Part shown: in pieces, positions 8,357 through 16,561 of the stretch | Position numbering within the stretch: position 1 is the stretch's first letter | How the letters are laid out: each line of letters starts with the position of its first letter | Virus record (IMG/VR): IMGVR_UViG_3300046777_002950 | Length of the DNA: 35,090 bases | Origin: an uncultured virus (IMG/VR IMGVR_UViG_3300046777_002950) | Lineage: Duplodnaviria > Heunggongvirae > Uroviricota > Caudoviricetes | Direction: 5' to 3' (one strand) | Made by a program: the position numbers and the translations under genes | The notes under the pieces: generated by a model | What the model was told of the DNA's origin: nothing | What the model saw: only the letters and a program-made list of their open reading frames with translations | Database searches by the model: none

Positions 8357-8525
8357 CTTACTTTCCCAAACTAAAGTAATTTAATACTAACTTAGTATAA
8401 CACATTAATGGCTAAATAAATTTAAATTTATAATGATTATTTAGCTGATTAAACAAAGCTAAATTCCACAACCACATAATCCTTAATTTCTTCGGTACTC
8501 ATGGCGTTTTGTGCTATATTGTTGA

Positions 8526-8605
8526 TTGCTGCTATCCCAAACTAGCGGCTAAGTACCTGGTAATAAAAATGTGGTTGCTGCATTGACCACATTTTTTGGT
8601 ACTTA
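8526..8605 (+). ncRNA. Candidate small RNA divergent from the type IV-B operon
   Basis: TGcTATATT extended -10 (8512-8520); hairpin GCTGCTA/TAGCGGC; long terminal stem AAAAATGTGGT/ACCACATTTTT. Confidence 0.35.
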
Positions 8606-8687
8606 TGAATAATAGCATGACTAATTAAAATTTATTTTTAATAATTTATAGACTATATTATTTTTATCAATTAATGAGAGAAAAACC

Positions 8688-8831
8688 ATGTGTGCATATG
8701 GCGAAGGCTATGATGATGGGTTCAACAACAAACCTTACAATAATCCCTACCCAGATGGAACAAGAGACAGTGAGCAGTACTTTTATGGCTACTGCATTGG
8801 AGAAGACATGAGTGAAGCTGCTTATGGCTGA
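8688..8831 (+). CDS. 47-aa Rmf/CrpP-fold-like small protein (not in the ORF track)
   Basis: MCAYGEGYDDGFNNKPYNNPYPDGTRDSEQYFYGYCIGEDMSEAAYG; GAGAG RBS. Confidence 0.55.
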   Translation: MCAYGEGYDDGFNNKPYNNPYPDGTRDSEQYFYGYCIGEDMSEAAYG

Positions 8832-8840
8832 TTAGCTACC

Positions 8841-8922
8841 TTGATATACTCACCTGTTTTCAGACAGGTGATGTGATTCTTGGCACTTCACTAAAACACG
8901 CCACAAGTGGTCTTGCTGTCCC
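8841..8922 (-). mobile_element. IS200/IS605-family right-end remnant (MITE-like)
   Basis: Minus strand reads AAGAATCAC..TCACCTGT-ctgaaa-ACAGGTGA-GTATATCAA: subterminal hairpin and TCAA end. Confidence 0.55.
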
Positions 8923-9044
8923 AATAAAAGTACATGATTATTATATCAATAAGTATAGTTATATTTGCGATTAAGTGTTATAATAATAAAATACCAGCAC
9001 CGTTAAGAATGGTATCAACATTCCCAACGGCGATATCACTGGTA
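8922..9044 (+). promoter_or_regulatory. Antirepressor cassette promoter plus structured 5' leader, copy 1
   Basis: About 80 bp near-identical to 11255-11331; TGtTATAAT at 8976-8984; nested stem 8992-9044. Confidence 0.75.
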
Positions 9045-9063
9045 ATCAACTTAAAAATAAGAA

Positions 9064-9837
9064 GTGACTATGAACAGTCTAACACAAATTGACGTAATTG
9101 ACAGAAATGGTGAACTGGTTGTTGATTCCCGACTCATTGCCAGGGAGCTAGGTATTGAGCATGAATCATTTGTTAGGACAATCAAGAAATACTGGACAGA
9201 GATTCAAGAGTTCGGACACCTCCGATTTGAAAACGGAACTGCAACAAACTCAGCCGGTGCAAAGAATACAACCGTTTTCTACTATTTGAATGAAGACCAA
9301 GCTACTTACGTAATGACTTTATCCAAAAACACCGATAAAGTTAGACAATGTAAGCGATCGCTGGTCAAGGCATTTAAAGATGCTAAAGCCGTCATAAAAA
9401 CCGTTATTCCCCAACAATCAGAGCGTATTCGTGAGCTAGAACTTCAGTTAGCAGTTGCCAAGGAAATCAACAAAGGCAAAGAATTAGACTCCTCTATGCT
9501 CACTATGCACGGCAAAGAAACAGTTTTAGCATTAAGAGGGATGTCAGATCAGATTGTCAGGTCTGAGGTTTTAGTTACTGAGATTGTGCAACCGGAAACG
9601 GGTAAAGTATCCAAAGTCCTGACCGCTGATCAACTCAAAGCAGAAATTAAAAAGCGTACTGGACAAAAGATACCCTCGCTTAAATGGGTAGCTGATAAAT
9701 TACGGAACATGAACCGTGATGATTTATTAATACCCGTTACAAGGCACTCTACTAGTGAGTATGTTGCACCTGATTCATTGGATGAAGTCATTGATTTAAT
9801 ATTTGGAGATACTAGGCAAAGATTAATTGGTGAATAA
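9064..9837 (+). CDS. Rha-family phage regulatory / antirepressor protein
   Basis: LVVDSRLIARELGIEH...YYLNEDQATYVMTLSKNT...K..LVKAF. Confidence 0.85.
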   Translation: MTMNSLTQIDVIDRNGELVVDSRLIARELGIEHESFVRTIKKYWTEIQEFGHLRFENGTATNSAGAKNTTVFYYLNEDQATYVMTLSKNTDKVRQCKRSLVKAFKDAKAVIKTVIPQQSERIRELELQLAVAKEINKGKELDSSMLTMHGKETVLALRGMSDQIVRSEVLVTEIVQPETGKVSKVLTADQLKAEIKKRTGQKIPSLKWVADKLRNMNRDDLLIPVTRHSTSEYVAPDSLDEVIDLIFGDTRQRLIGE

Positions 9838-9843
9838 TTCCCA

Positions 9844-9869
9844 TATCCACTAAAACGCTTTAGTGGGTA
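9844..9869. terminator. Hairpin family copy 2, between convergent genes
   Basis: TATCCACTAAA-acgc-TTTAGTGGGTA. Confidence 0.6.
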
Positions 9870-9872
9870 CTT

Positions 9873-11243
9873 TTAAAACAATGACAACTGCTGATAAGGT
9901 GGCTTAGTCTTTTCCTCAATCTCTACTTGTTCCTCTACAGTTAATCCTCTCTCAGTGATGGGAGTATTTAAGCGTTGATGAATAATGTCAACATATTCCC
10001 GTTCTTTTTCAATGCAGATATAGTTTCTACCGAGTTCTTTACAGGCTAGTGCTGTTGTACCACTACCGGCAAATGGGTCAAGGACTGTACCACCTTCAGG
10101 GGTAATTAACTGGATTAAATATTTCATCAAATACCTACTCTTGACTGTGGGATGGACGTTTTCTACCGTACCACCGCATGATCTGTCATTAGTTGATGCT
10201 TTGGCTGAGTAGTAGACGCTGCTGACTGTTTCCGGGTCAAATGGCAGTTGTTTAAAATATCGCGCTGCTGTTCCTGTACTGCCATGACAATAAGGAATAT
10301 CCTCTCTTTTGTTTAATCCCACAAAATATGAAATATCCCCTGTAGTTTTATATCCACTACCACTCGGACAAATCCCACTTTGTTCTCCAATGACTGATAC
10401 TGGACAATCAGGGCTATGATTATCACCTTTGCAGTCAGCACCACAGGATAAGATTAAGTTGGCAGGGTAACGACCTATATCTGGGTCATACAGTGTGTTA
10501 TCTAAAGATTCTTTACGCTCCTTCCTAAATACTACTTTATTAACTGTATGAGGATTTTTACTTTTGATATTATCACCTTTATCAATCCCAATCCTACACG
10601 CTTCAATATTCAAGCCACCGACACCGTGTTTTAATATATTTCTTGCAATACTTGACTCACTGATAGGTTTTTGAACCAACCACCAACCCTCAACCGCTGG
10701 TTTTAGTGCTGGGGTCTTCCATCCGTCCCACCGCTTGGCTTCGGGTGTTGCGGGTGCTGTTATTAACGAATAATCACCGAATCTGTTAATAGCGTTCCAG
10801 TTGTCATCAGTGAAGTTATTGCTACCACCTTTGGAATGTAGTCCACAGTGTGAACCAATACTTATGACTTCCCTCTCTTTTCCCACTAATTTGTCCAACA
10901 TTTTCCCAATATGCTGACCTTTCGGAAAACCAGAACCCTGGCAGTGGTGAATTATATCAATCAACCTAAACCCTGCTAACTCCAAAGCCATACCCGTCCA
11001 GTGAGACGTTCTAGGAATACTCCAAACTAAACCACAAGCCCCTGGTTTCATAACTCTTAAACATTCATTCATAACTTCAGAAAACCAGTTTATCCAGTCC
11101 AACATTCCGCCTTTATTGTTATCCCAATCTCTACCCATAAAGCTAATTCCTGCAGGCGGATCTGTTATTAAGCTTTCAAAATAATTGTCAGGAATATCTT
11201 TCAAAACTTCAAAACAATCACCATGAATTATCTGATTAATCAT
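9873..11243 (-). CDS. Orphan DNA methyltransferase (N4/N6, beta class)
   Basis: IHGDC, TDPPA, HPTVK, VLDPFAGSGTT. Confidence 0.92.
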   Translation of the reverse strand: MINQIIHGDCFEVLKDIPDNYFESLITDPPAGISFMGRDWDNNKGGMLDWINWFSEVMNECLRVMKPGACGLVWSIPRTSHWTGMALELAGFRLIDIIHHCQGSGFPKGQHIGKMLDKLVGKEREVISIGSHCGLHSKGGSNNFTDDNWNAINRFGDYSLITAPATPEAKRWDGWKTPALKPAVEGWWLVQKPISESSIARNILKHGVGGLNIEACRIGIDKGDNIKSKNPHTVNKVVFRKERKESLDNTLYDPDIGRYPANLILSCGADCKGDNHSPDCPVSVIGEQSGICPSGSGYKTTGDISYFVGLNKREDIPYCHGSTGTAARYFKQLPFDPETVSSVYYSAKASTNDRSCGGTVENVHPTVKSRYLMKYLIQLITPEGGTVLDPFAGSGTTALACKELGRNYICIEKEREYVDIIHQRLNTPITERGLTVEEQVEIEEKTKPPYQQLSLF

Positions 11244-11254
11244 GCCCTGGCTAT

Positions 11255-11373
11255 CAATAAAAGTACATAATAATTATATCAATAAGTGTAGTTATATTTG
11301 CGATTAAGTGTTATAATTAAAATACCAGCACTTCAAAAGGTGGATACAGCCACCCATGAAGTCTTATCGCTGG
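11255..11373 (+). promoter_or_regulatory. Antirepressor cassette promoter plus structured 5' leader, copy 2
   Basis: Direct repeat of 8922-9000 followed by a stem of the same shape but different sequence (11325-11373). Confidence 0.75.
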
Positions 11374-11397
11374 GGTCAACCTAACTAACAGGTCAAC

Positions 11398-12183
11398 ATG
11401 ACTAGTTTAACAGCTTTTAATTTTAATAACAATCAAGTCCGCGTTTTGATGATTGACGGCGAACCTTGGTTTGTAGCTAAAGATGTTGCAGAAATTTTTG
11501 ATTATGCCGATTTATCAAAAATGCTGAACCTCGTAGATACTGAAGACAAGGATGTGATTAATCCCAAAAAATTAGATTCCGCCATTTTGGCGGAATCCTT
11601 TAGCAGCAATACTTTCAAGGTTTCAATCATTAATGAGTCTGGATTGTACGCTTGTATCTTTGGAAGTCATAAACCACAAGCTAAAGAATTTAAACGGTGG
11701 GTAACATCACAAGTATTACCAGCGATCAGGAAGTCAGGCACTTATTCAACCTTGACCTCAATACCCCAAGTACAGGAGATAGGATCAGCTATAGATGTGG
11801 TATTCGCTTGTACAGCCATAGACTCACGTTTAATAGCAGGGGTCAAAGCTAATCAGATTGCCAAAAGCTATCCTGCGTTAGCATCTGCCATGGAAGAATC
11901 AAAAACTCTCTTAGGCATTCCTGTAGAGAAGGAACTGGTGCGCCCTGGTAAATTGGCAGAACTTTATGCTCAAAAAACAGGGCTGGAAATTTCCGCTAGA
12001 AAGATGAATTTACTCTTGATGGAAAAAGGGATGCAAACTAAAAATACCAGCGGTTCTAGCCCGTTGTGGTTGCCAACAGAAGAGGGTAAGGAATATTCTC
12101 AAATAGTTTTGGATACAGCCAAAGGACATAATAAAACCGTCCAGTCCCTACAGTGGTATCCATCTGTGGTTGACGTGATTTAA
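11398..12183 (+). CDS. BRO-N domain antirepressor protein
   Basis: VRVLMIDGEPWFVAKDVAEI...INESGLY...AKEFKRWVTSQVLPAIRKSG. Confidence 0.92.
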   Translation: MTSLTAFNFNNNQVRVLMIDGEPWFVAKDVAEIFDYADLSKMLNLVDTEDKDVINPKKLDSAILAESFSSNTFKVSIINESGLYACIFGSHKPQAKEFKRWVTSQVLPAIRKSGTYSTLTSIPQVQEIGSAIDVVFACTAIDSRLIAGVKANQIAKSYPALASAMEESKTLLGIPVEKELVRPGKLAELYAQKTGLEISARKMNLLLMEKGMQTKNTSGSSPLWLPTEEGKEYSQIVLDTAKGHNKTVQSLQWYPSVVDVI

Positions 12184-12190
12184 TTAAAGC

Positions 12191-12222
12191 TACCTATTAA
12201 CACGCTTTAATGAGTATTTTTA
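12191..12222 (+). terminator. Hairpin family copy 3 (degenerate)
   Basis: TACCTATTAA-cacgct-TTAATGAGTA followed by a T-run. Confidence 0.5.
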
Positions 12223-12261
12223 AAGCAATGAAACCCAACTAAGTATGTGCTAAAATCTAAA

Positions 12262-12331
12262 TAGACACAGTTTAGGGGTCGTCGTAGGACTGCCGCAACA
12301 TTACCGCTCACGCAGCGGTTTTGTTGTTTTT
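12262..12331 (+). ncRNA. Candidate small RNA
   Basis: TGcTAAAAT at 12248-12256; GC-rich body; terminator ACCGCT/AGCGGT with T-run; no ORF. Confidence 0.3.
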
Positions 12332-12520
12332 AATGATAATAAAAGCACCACCAGGAGATAAATATTTCTCTCAAAAAACTTTGGAATAAAACCTTAAATA
12401 ATTGTAAATATTTATGGTACAATAATTGTCATGTTTCCTTTATACTCGTAGGATTTCAAGATGATTTTATGGGTATTTTTTTACTTATAATTGAATAAAG
12501 ATTATAAGTAAAAGAACAAT

Positions 12521-13360
12521 ATGAAAAGCAGAAAACTACTACATGGATTAATATTCTGTTTGTTCGCCATTGAAACCACAATACACTTTAGTATTAATTC
12601 CATTCAAGCTAATGCACTAAGCAATAAAAAATCGCTAGTAGCTAATACTCAAATCTACAAAGAAGGGAGCGTGAAACAGCCCTCTCCCAACTACAACGTC
12701 CCACAGAAAAAAGAGGATTACCAAGAGTTTAACGAAGCCCTTGCATCATTGAATGTTATCAAAGCCTTGATCATTATTTCAGGATGCGTTTTTACAGCCA
12801 TTGTATCTTTAATGGGGGAAACCCTGCTCAAGACAATCATTAATCAGTTGAAAGATATCATGCTAGAAATTATGAACAACCAGAAATACTTTGAGAATAT
12901 TTCTGCTGAAGAAATACTGGCAATTACTCAATTAATGAAACGAACTAGAGCAGACATTAAAGCAACTAGGCTCTCTATGTTTAAGTTACAAGAAGACAGC
13001 CATACAGTGTTTCTAGAAGTCTCTTCAAACGGGAAATATTCTTTATCTGGCAGCCCGCCTGTAGCCCGACAATTTTTTGATTCTGCGGTTTTACCCATGC
13101 TCAATGATGGTGAAAAATATTCTTACTGTGGCGATCGCGGCGACATTTGTGCAACCTGGTTAGCAGCCCGTGGAACAGGACGTTATGCCATTCACTTGTT
13201 TTTTCATAAAGATGATTTTGCTGGTTTTGTACTAGCTGAATGGAGACGGCTGGTATTAGTTGATTCCATCTTTAAATTTAATCAAAATTCTAACTACTAT
13301 AAATCCAAATTGAAGACTTTAGCTGATATGATCAATGAAGCTATTAAGGACAAAAAGTAA
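12521..13360 (+). CDS. Membrane protein: signal-like N-terminus, TM helix, GAF-like C-terminal domain
   Basis: Hydrophobic segments; ADIKATRLSMFKL...FAGFVLAEW gives a GAF-like pattern. Confidence 0.55.
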   Translation: MKSRKLLHGLIFCLFAIETTIHFSINSIQANALSNKKSLVANTQIYKEGSVKQPSPNYNVPQKKEDYQEFNEALASLNVIKALIIISGCVFTAIVSLMGETLLKTIINQLKDIMLEIMNNQKYFENISAEEILAITQLMKRTRADIKATRLSMFKLQEDSHTVFLEVSSNGKYSLSGSPPVARQFFDSAVLPMLNDGEKYSYCGDRGDICATWLAARGTGRYAIHLFFHKDDFAGFVLAEWRRLVLVDSIFKFNQNSNYYKSKLKTLADMINEAIKDKK

Positions 13361-13375
13361 GTTAGGTGTAAGCAG

Positions 13376-14617
13376 ATGTTGATAAACCAAAATGGAATTA
13401 TAGACTTTATTAAAGTTCGTGGAGGAATAATTAACCTGCGCGAACTTTCTCACTTTAACCGCAAAGATATTGAAGCTTTACAGTTAGAAGGATACATCAA
13501 AGTTAGTCGAGGAAGTAGCGGTATTGAAGTCACTTTATTAGATAAATTCACCAAGAAATATGATGGAATAGCAGCAAAAGAAGAAGTACGAAAACACCAT
13601 CAAGTCATTGAAAATAAGCTAGTAGAAAAGAAAAAAAGCAAGAGGGACGCTAATGATTTCTCTCTGAAAAACAAGATATTTAGTGTTATTAAAAACGCTG
13701 ATTATCCAGTGACAGCCAGTGAGATTAAAGAGCAACTAATCCAGTGCAATCCTGATAGTATCTGCGCTTATTTGTCAGCACTGGTTAAAGCTAATATTAT
13801 AGTTTGCAGTGAAAATAGAAAAATGTTTAGGCACTACACCACGCCCGACCGAAAAGATTTACTAACAGGATTAAACAGAAAGCCCAAAAAACCTAAACCC
13901 GAACCAATTCCCGTTCCTGCCACCGCATCTGCTTTAAAAGAGAAATTAGCCGTAGCTGAAGACATAAATCTAAAACACAAGGTACTAGAAATTGTCGTTG
14001 ATTCTGAGTCACCAATGACATTACAACAAGTGCGATCGCTCTTACCGGAATCCACCAACATCAAAACCATATCTGCATACTTATCACTATTTGCCCGCAA
14101 AGGGGTCTTGTGCTGTAGTCGTGTTATCAAGAATAATATCAAATACTACACCACCCCAGATCGCTCTTACTTGTTTGGGGACTGGACCCCCCGACCCGGT
14201 TCTCGGAAGGTTGCCGAAAGAATTTTAAGTGTATTAGAAAATACTAGCATTGCTTTGGGGATTCGTGGTATATCAGCACAATCCCAGATACCACGTAAAT
14301 CAGCTTGGATTGTTATAAATAAGCTAAAGAACAAAGGATTGATTGAGTTAAAGCGTACCGGATACTCTTTACATATTGCTCTCAAGTCCAATTCTTCCGC
14401 CATGGAAAGCCTAGACAAAGTTTCTGGATACACGTTAAGAGACCAGATTATTGAATCCATTAAAAACAACAACCATCACGCTCAAAGCATTTTAAGCGAC
14501 TTAATTAATGATTACTCCCTTCCACATATTCACAGGGTGTTGCGACAAATGAAAGCCACAGGCGTTTTATATTCCTGCATTAAAGGACGACACACTCTTT
14601 ATTTTTTGAATAATTAA
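13376..14617 (+). CDS. Tandem winged-helix DNA-binding protein
   Basis: Basic; internal repeats ending (H/Y)YTTPDR; N-terminus paralogous to 15462-16289. Confidence 0.7.
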   Translation: MLINQNGIIDFIKVRGGIINLRELSHFNRKDIEALQLEGYIKVSRGSSGIEVTLLDKFTKKYDGIAAKEEVRKHHQVIENKLVEKKKSKRDANDFSLKNKIFSVIKNADYPVTASEIKEQLIQCNPDSICAYLSALVKANIIVCSENRKMFRHYTTPDRKDLLTGLNRKPKKPKPEPIPVPATASALKEKLAVAEDINLKHKVLEIVVDSESPMTLQQVRSLLPESTNIKTISAYLSLFARKGVLCCSRVIKNNIKYYTTPDRSYLFGDWTPRPGSRKVAERILSVLENTSIALGIRGISAQSQIPRKSAWIVINKLKNKGLIELKRTGYSLHIALKSNSSAMESLDKVSGYTLRDQIIESIKNNNHHAQSILSDLINDYSLPHIHRVLRQMKATGVLYSCIKGRHTLYFLNN

Positions 14618-14860
14618 TAAAAAAGATGGGGACGACCCCATCAAATCACAGGTAAACCTCAAAAAACCCATCATTATATTATCATATCAAAATATTTTTT
14701 AAAATAAGAATAATTAATAAAAAGATAGGCTGTGGAAACCTATCTTGATCTTGCATCATTTATGAGTATCTACCTCCTTTATTGTAGCACAAAAAAAAGA
14801 TAGGCTGTGGAAACCTATCTTGACCTTATGTATCAATTCCTATTGAAATAATTATATCAG
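14608..14860 (-). repeat. Three tandem promoter - short variable region - terminator units
   Basis: Hairpins at 14625-14642, 14722-14746 and 14797-14821 (last two identical); an extended -10 upstream of each on the minus strand. Confidence 0.65.
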
Positions 14861-15250
14861 ATTTATGCCTTCATAAAGCAGTTGATATCCCAACTTTAAT
14901 CGTTGCAAAAATTCTGAAGTATTCCTGTTTTTCCACAATGGATTGCTACCGTCTCTAATCCAATTCTTGGGGTTATGGCAGATAGATTGGTGACAAGATA
15001 AGCAAACCGGAAATGTAGACTCCCCAATTGCATCTTTCCCATAATAAGCATGATGTATCTCATCTGATTTTTTAACCATACATACACAGCATAAGCCATG
15101 GGTTGACTTATGGGCGATCGCGCATTGTTTTCGGTATTTACTAGAGCTTCCATAACGGCGATCGTAGTCCACTTTTTGCTCCTGTATCTTTTTCTTCTCT
15201 GCCATTTTCCGTTGCCAATACTTATTTTTCTTTTCGTATTTGGTAGACAT
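14852..15250 (-). CDS. HNH-like endonuclease / Zn-finger protein
   Basis: CCVC...EIHH...PVCLSCHQSICH. Confidence 0.65.
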   Translation of the reverse strand: MSTKYEKKNKYWQRKMAEKKKIQEQKVDYDRRYGSSSKYRKQCAIAHKSTHGLCCVCMVKKSDEIHHAYYGKDAIGESTFPVCLSCHQSICHNPKNWIRDGSNPLWKNRNTSEFLQRLKLGYQLLYEGINLI

Positions 15251-15306
15251 TTCTGGTTTTTTGATAGTAAATAATAATCATATTTTACTATTTAGTATCA
15301 ATTAAT

Positions 15307-15465
15307 TTATTCATAATTAACTTGAGTTCTTAATGCAAGAATCAAATTAATTGCATTTTCAACAGTGGAATTGTCTGCTATTTCTGGATGCTGAGAGAGC
15401 GCGTCTAAGGACTTGACAGCACTTTTGATTAATTCACTGACAGTGGCTTTAGTTGTGGTCTTCAT
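15307..15465 (-). CDS. 52-aa hypothetical protein (not in the ORF track)
   Basis: MKTTTKATVSELIKSAVKSLDALSQHPE...; ATGA overlap with the upstream stop. Confidence 0.6.
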   Translation of the reverse strand: MKTTTKATVSELIKSAVKSLDALSQHPEIADNSTVENAINLILALRTQVNYE

Positions 15466-16289
15466 GGCTGTTTTTTTGGGGGTAATGGTAACTGAGAATT
15501 TAACTTTCTCTTTTTATATTTGGTTAGTTGATGTAAATGCGATAAAGCTATTGAATTTTCAATAAGAGCAAAATACATAACGTTACTTTTAGCTAAGTGT
15601 CCTACTTTAATCATGCCTGTTGTGACAAATAACTCCAATATCTTTCTTAAAGTAGTTCCACTGCATTGATCTGATGGTAATTTGCATAAAATATCGGCTA
15701 CTGACATTGCTTGATTAGTGCTTTTCAAAACATCTAAAACAGCGTTCTTGTTTTTGCATCTACCAACATAATTACCTGTCATTTTATTAAGTAAATTTTT
15801 TCTGTCTGCATCAATCCATAACCTTCTATTCCAATCAATAGAACACACTAAATGTTCGTTTTCCAGTATATTTAAATGATAAGAAATAACTCTAGCTCTA
15901 ATTAAAAGCTTATCTTTTAATTCTAAAGCAGATACTGGTTCATCTACTTTTTTAATTTCATCTAAAATGAAATTTCTTATTTGTTTGCAGCGATCAACTC
16001 TGGTATCAGTAATCTTTAATTGAGGCTTTGCTTTAGGTTTTTTGGGGATTTGAAAAGGTTCTTTAGGTTTAATGATAATTTGTGTTGGTTGCGGTTTTTT
16101 CTCGTCTTTAGCCTGAAATTCACTGCAAATTAAACATACTTCATAAGAACCAACTCGACCCGTTACTTTTATGTATTGGTGCAATTGCAATGTATCTAAA
16201 ATACTATTAGGAAATTGCTTTAATTCTCTTAGATTAGCAACCCCGCCACGGGCTTTCAGGAAGTCCAATACTTGTTGATAAGCTGACAT
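15462..16289 (-). CDS. Tandem winged-helix DNA-binding protein, paralog of 13376-14617
   Basis: VLDFLKARGGVANLRELKQF vs IIDFIKVRGGIINLRELSHF. Confidence 0.7.
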   Translation of the reverse strand: MSAYQQVLDFLKARGGVANLRELKQFPNSILDTLQLHQYIKVTGRVGSYEVCLICSEFQAKDEKKPQPTQIIIKPKEPFQIPKKPKAKPQLKITDTRVDRCKQIRNFILDEIKKVDEPVSALELKDKLLIRARVISYHLNILENEHLVCSIDWNRRLWIDADRKNLLNKMTGNYVGRCKNKNAVLDVLKSTNQAMSVADILCKLPSDQCSGTTLRKILELFVTTGMIKVGHLAKSNVMYFALIENSIALSHLHQLTKYKKRKLNSQLPLPPKKQP

Positions 16290-16357
16290 AGCAAGCCTTA
16301 AACTGCATTTAAAAAGAGTATATAGATATTTTATACTCTTTTATTAGCAATTATTCA

Positions 16358-16561
16358 TTAGGTTTGCTGATGAATTTGATAACAAATTAATGGCATTGAT
16401 CCTAGTCCCTTTAGTGCCTTGAAAACATCAATTTCTCGTACTGAATCAAATAGATAAGCTTCACTTATTTTAGCAGTGAAAATAATATCATAAAGTCCAG
16501 TATCTTTATGAATTAATCCTTGTTCTGACTCTAATACAAAACCTTTTAGTTGATTACTCAT
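16358..16561 (-). CDS. Hypothetical protein
   Basis: 67 aa; overlaps the upstream ATPase stop. Confidence 0.6.
   Translation of the reverse strand: MSNQLKGFVLESEQGLIHKDTGLYDIIFTAKISEAYLFDSVREIDVFKALKGLGSMPLICYQIHQQT

Noticed and set aside
9873..11243. DPPA instead of DPPY as a sign of an inactive MTase or part of an R-M system
   Set aside because: To my knowledge DPPA variants occur in phage orphan MTases, and no cognate restriction nuclease is adjacent.
13834..14472. Antisense ORFs here and opposite other genes (e.g. 5521, 24819, 27639, 29619, 30271)
   Set aside because: Shadow frames of well-supported genes.
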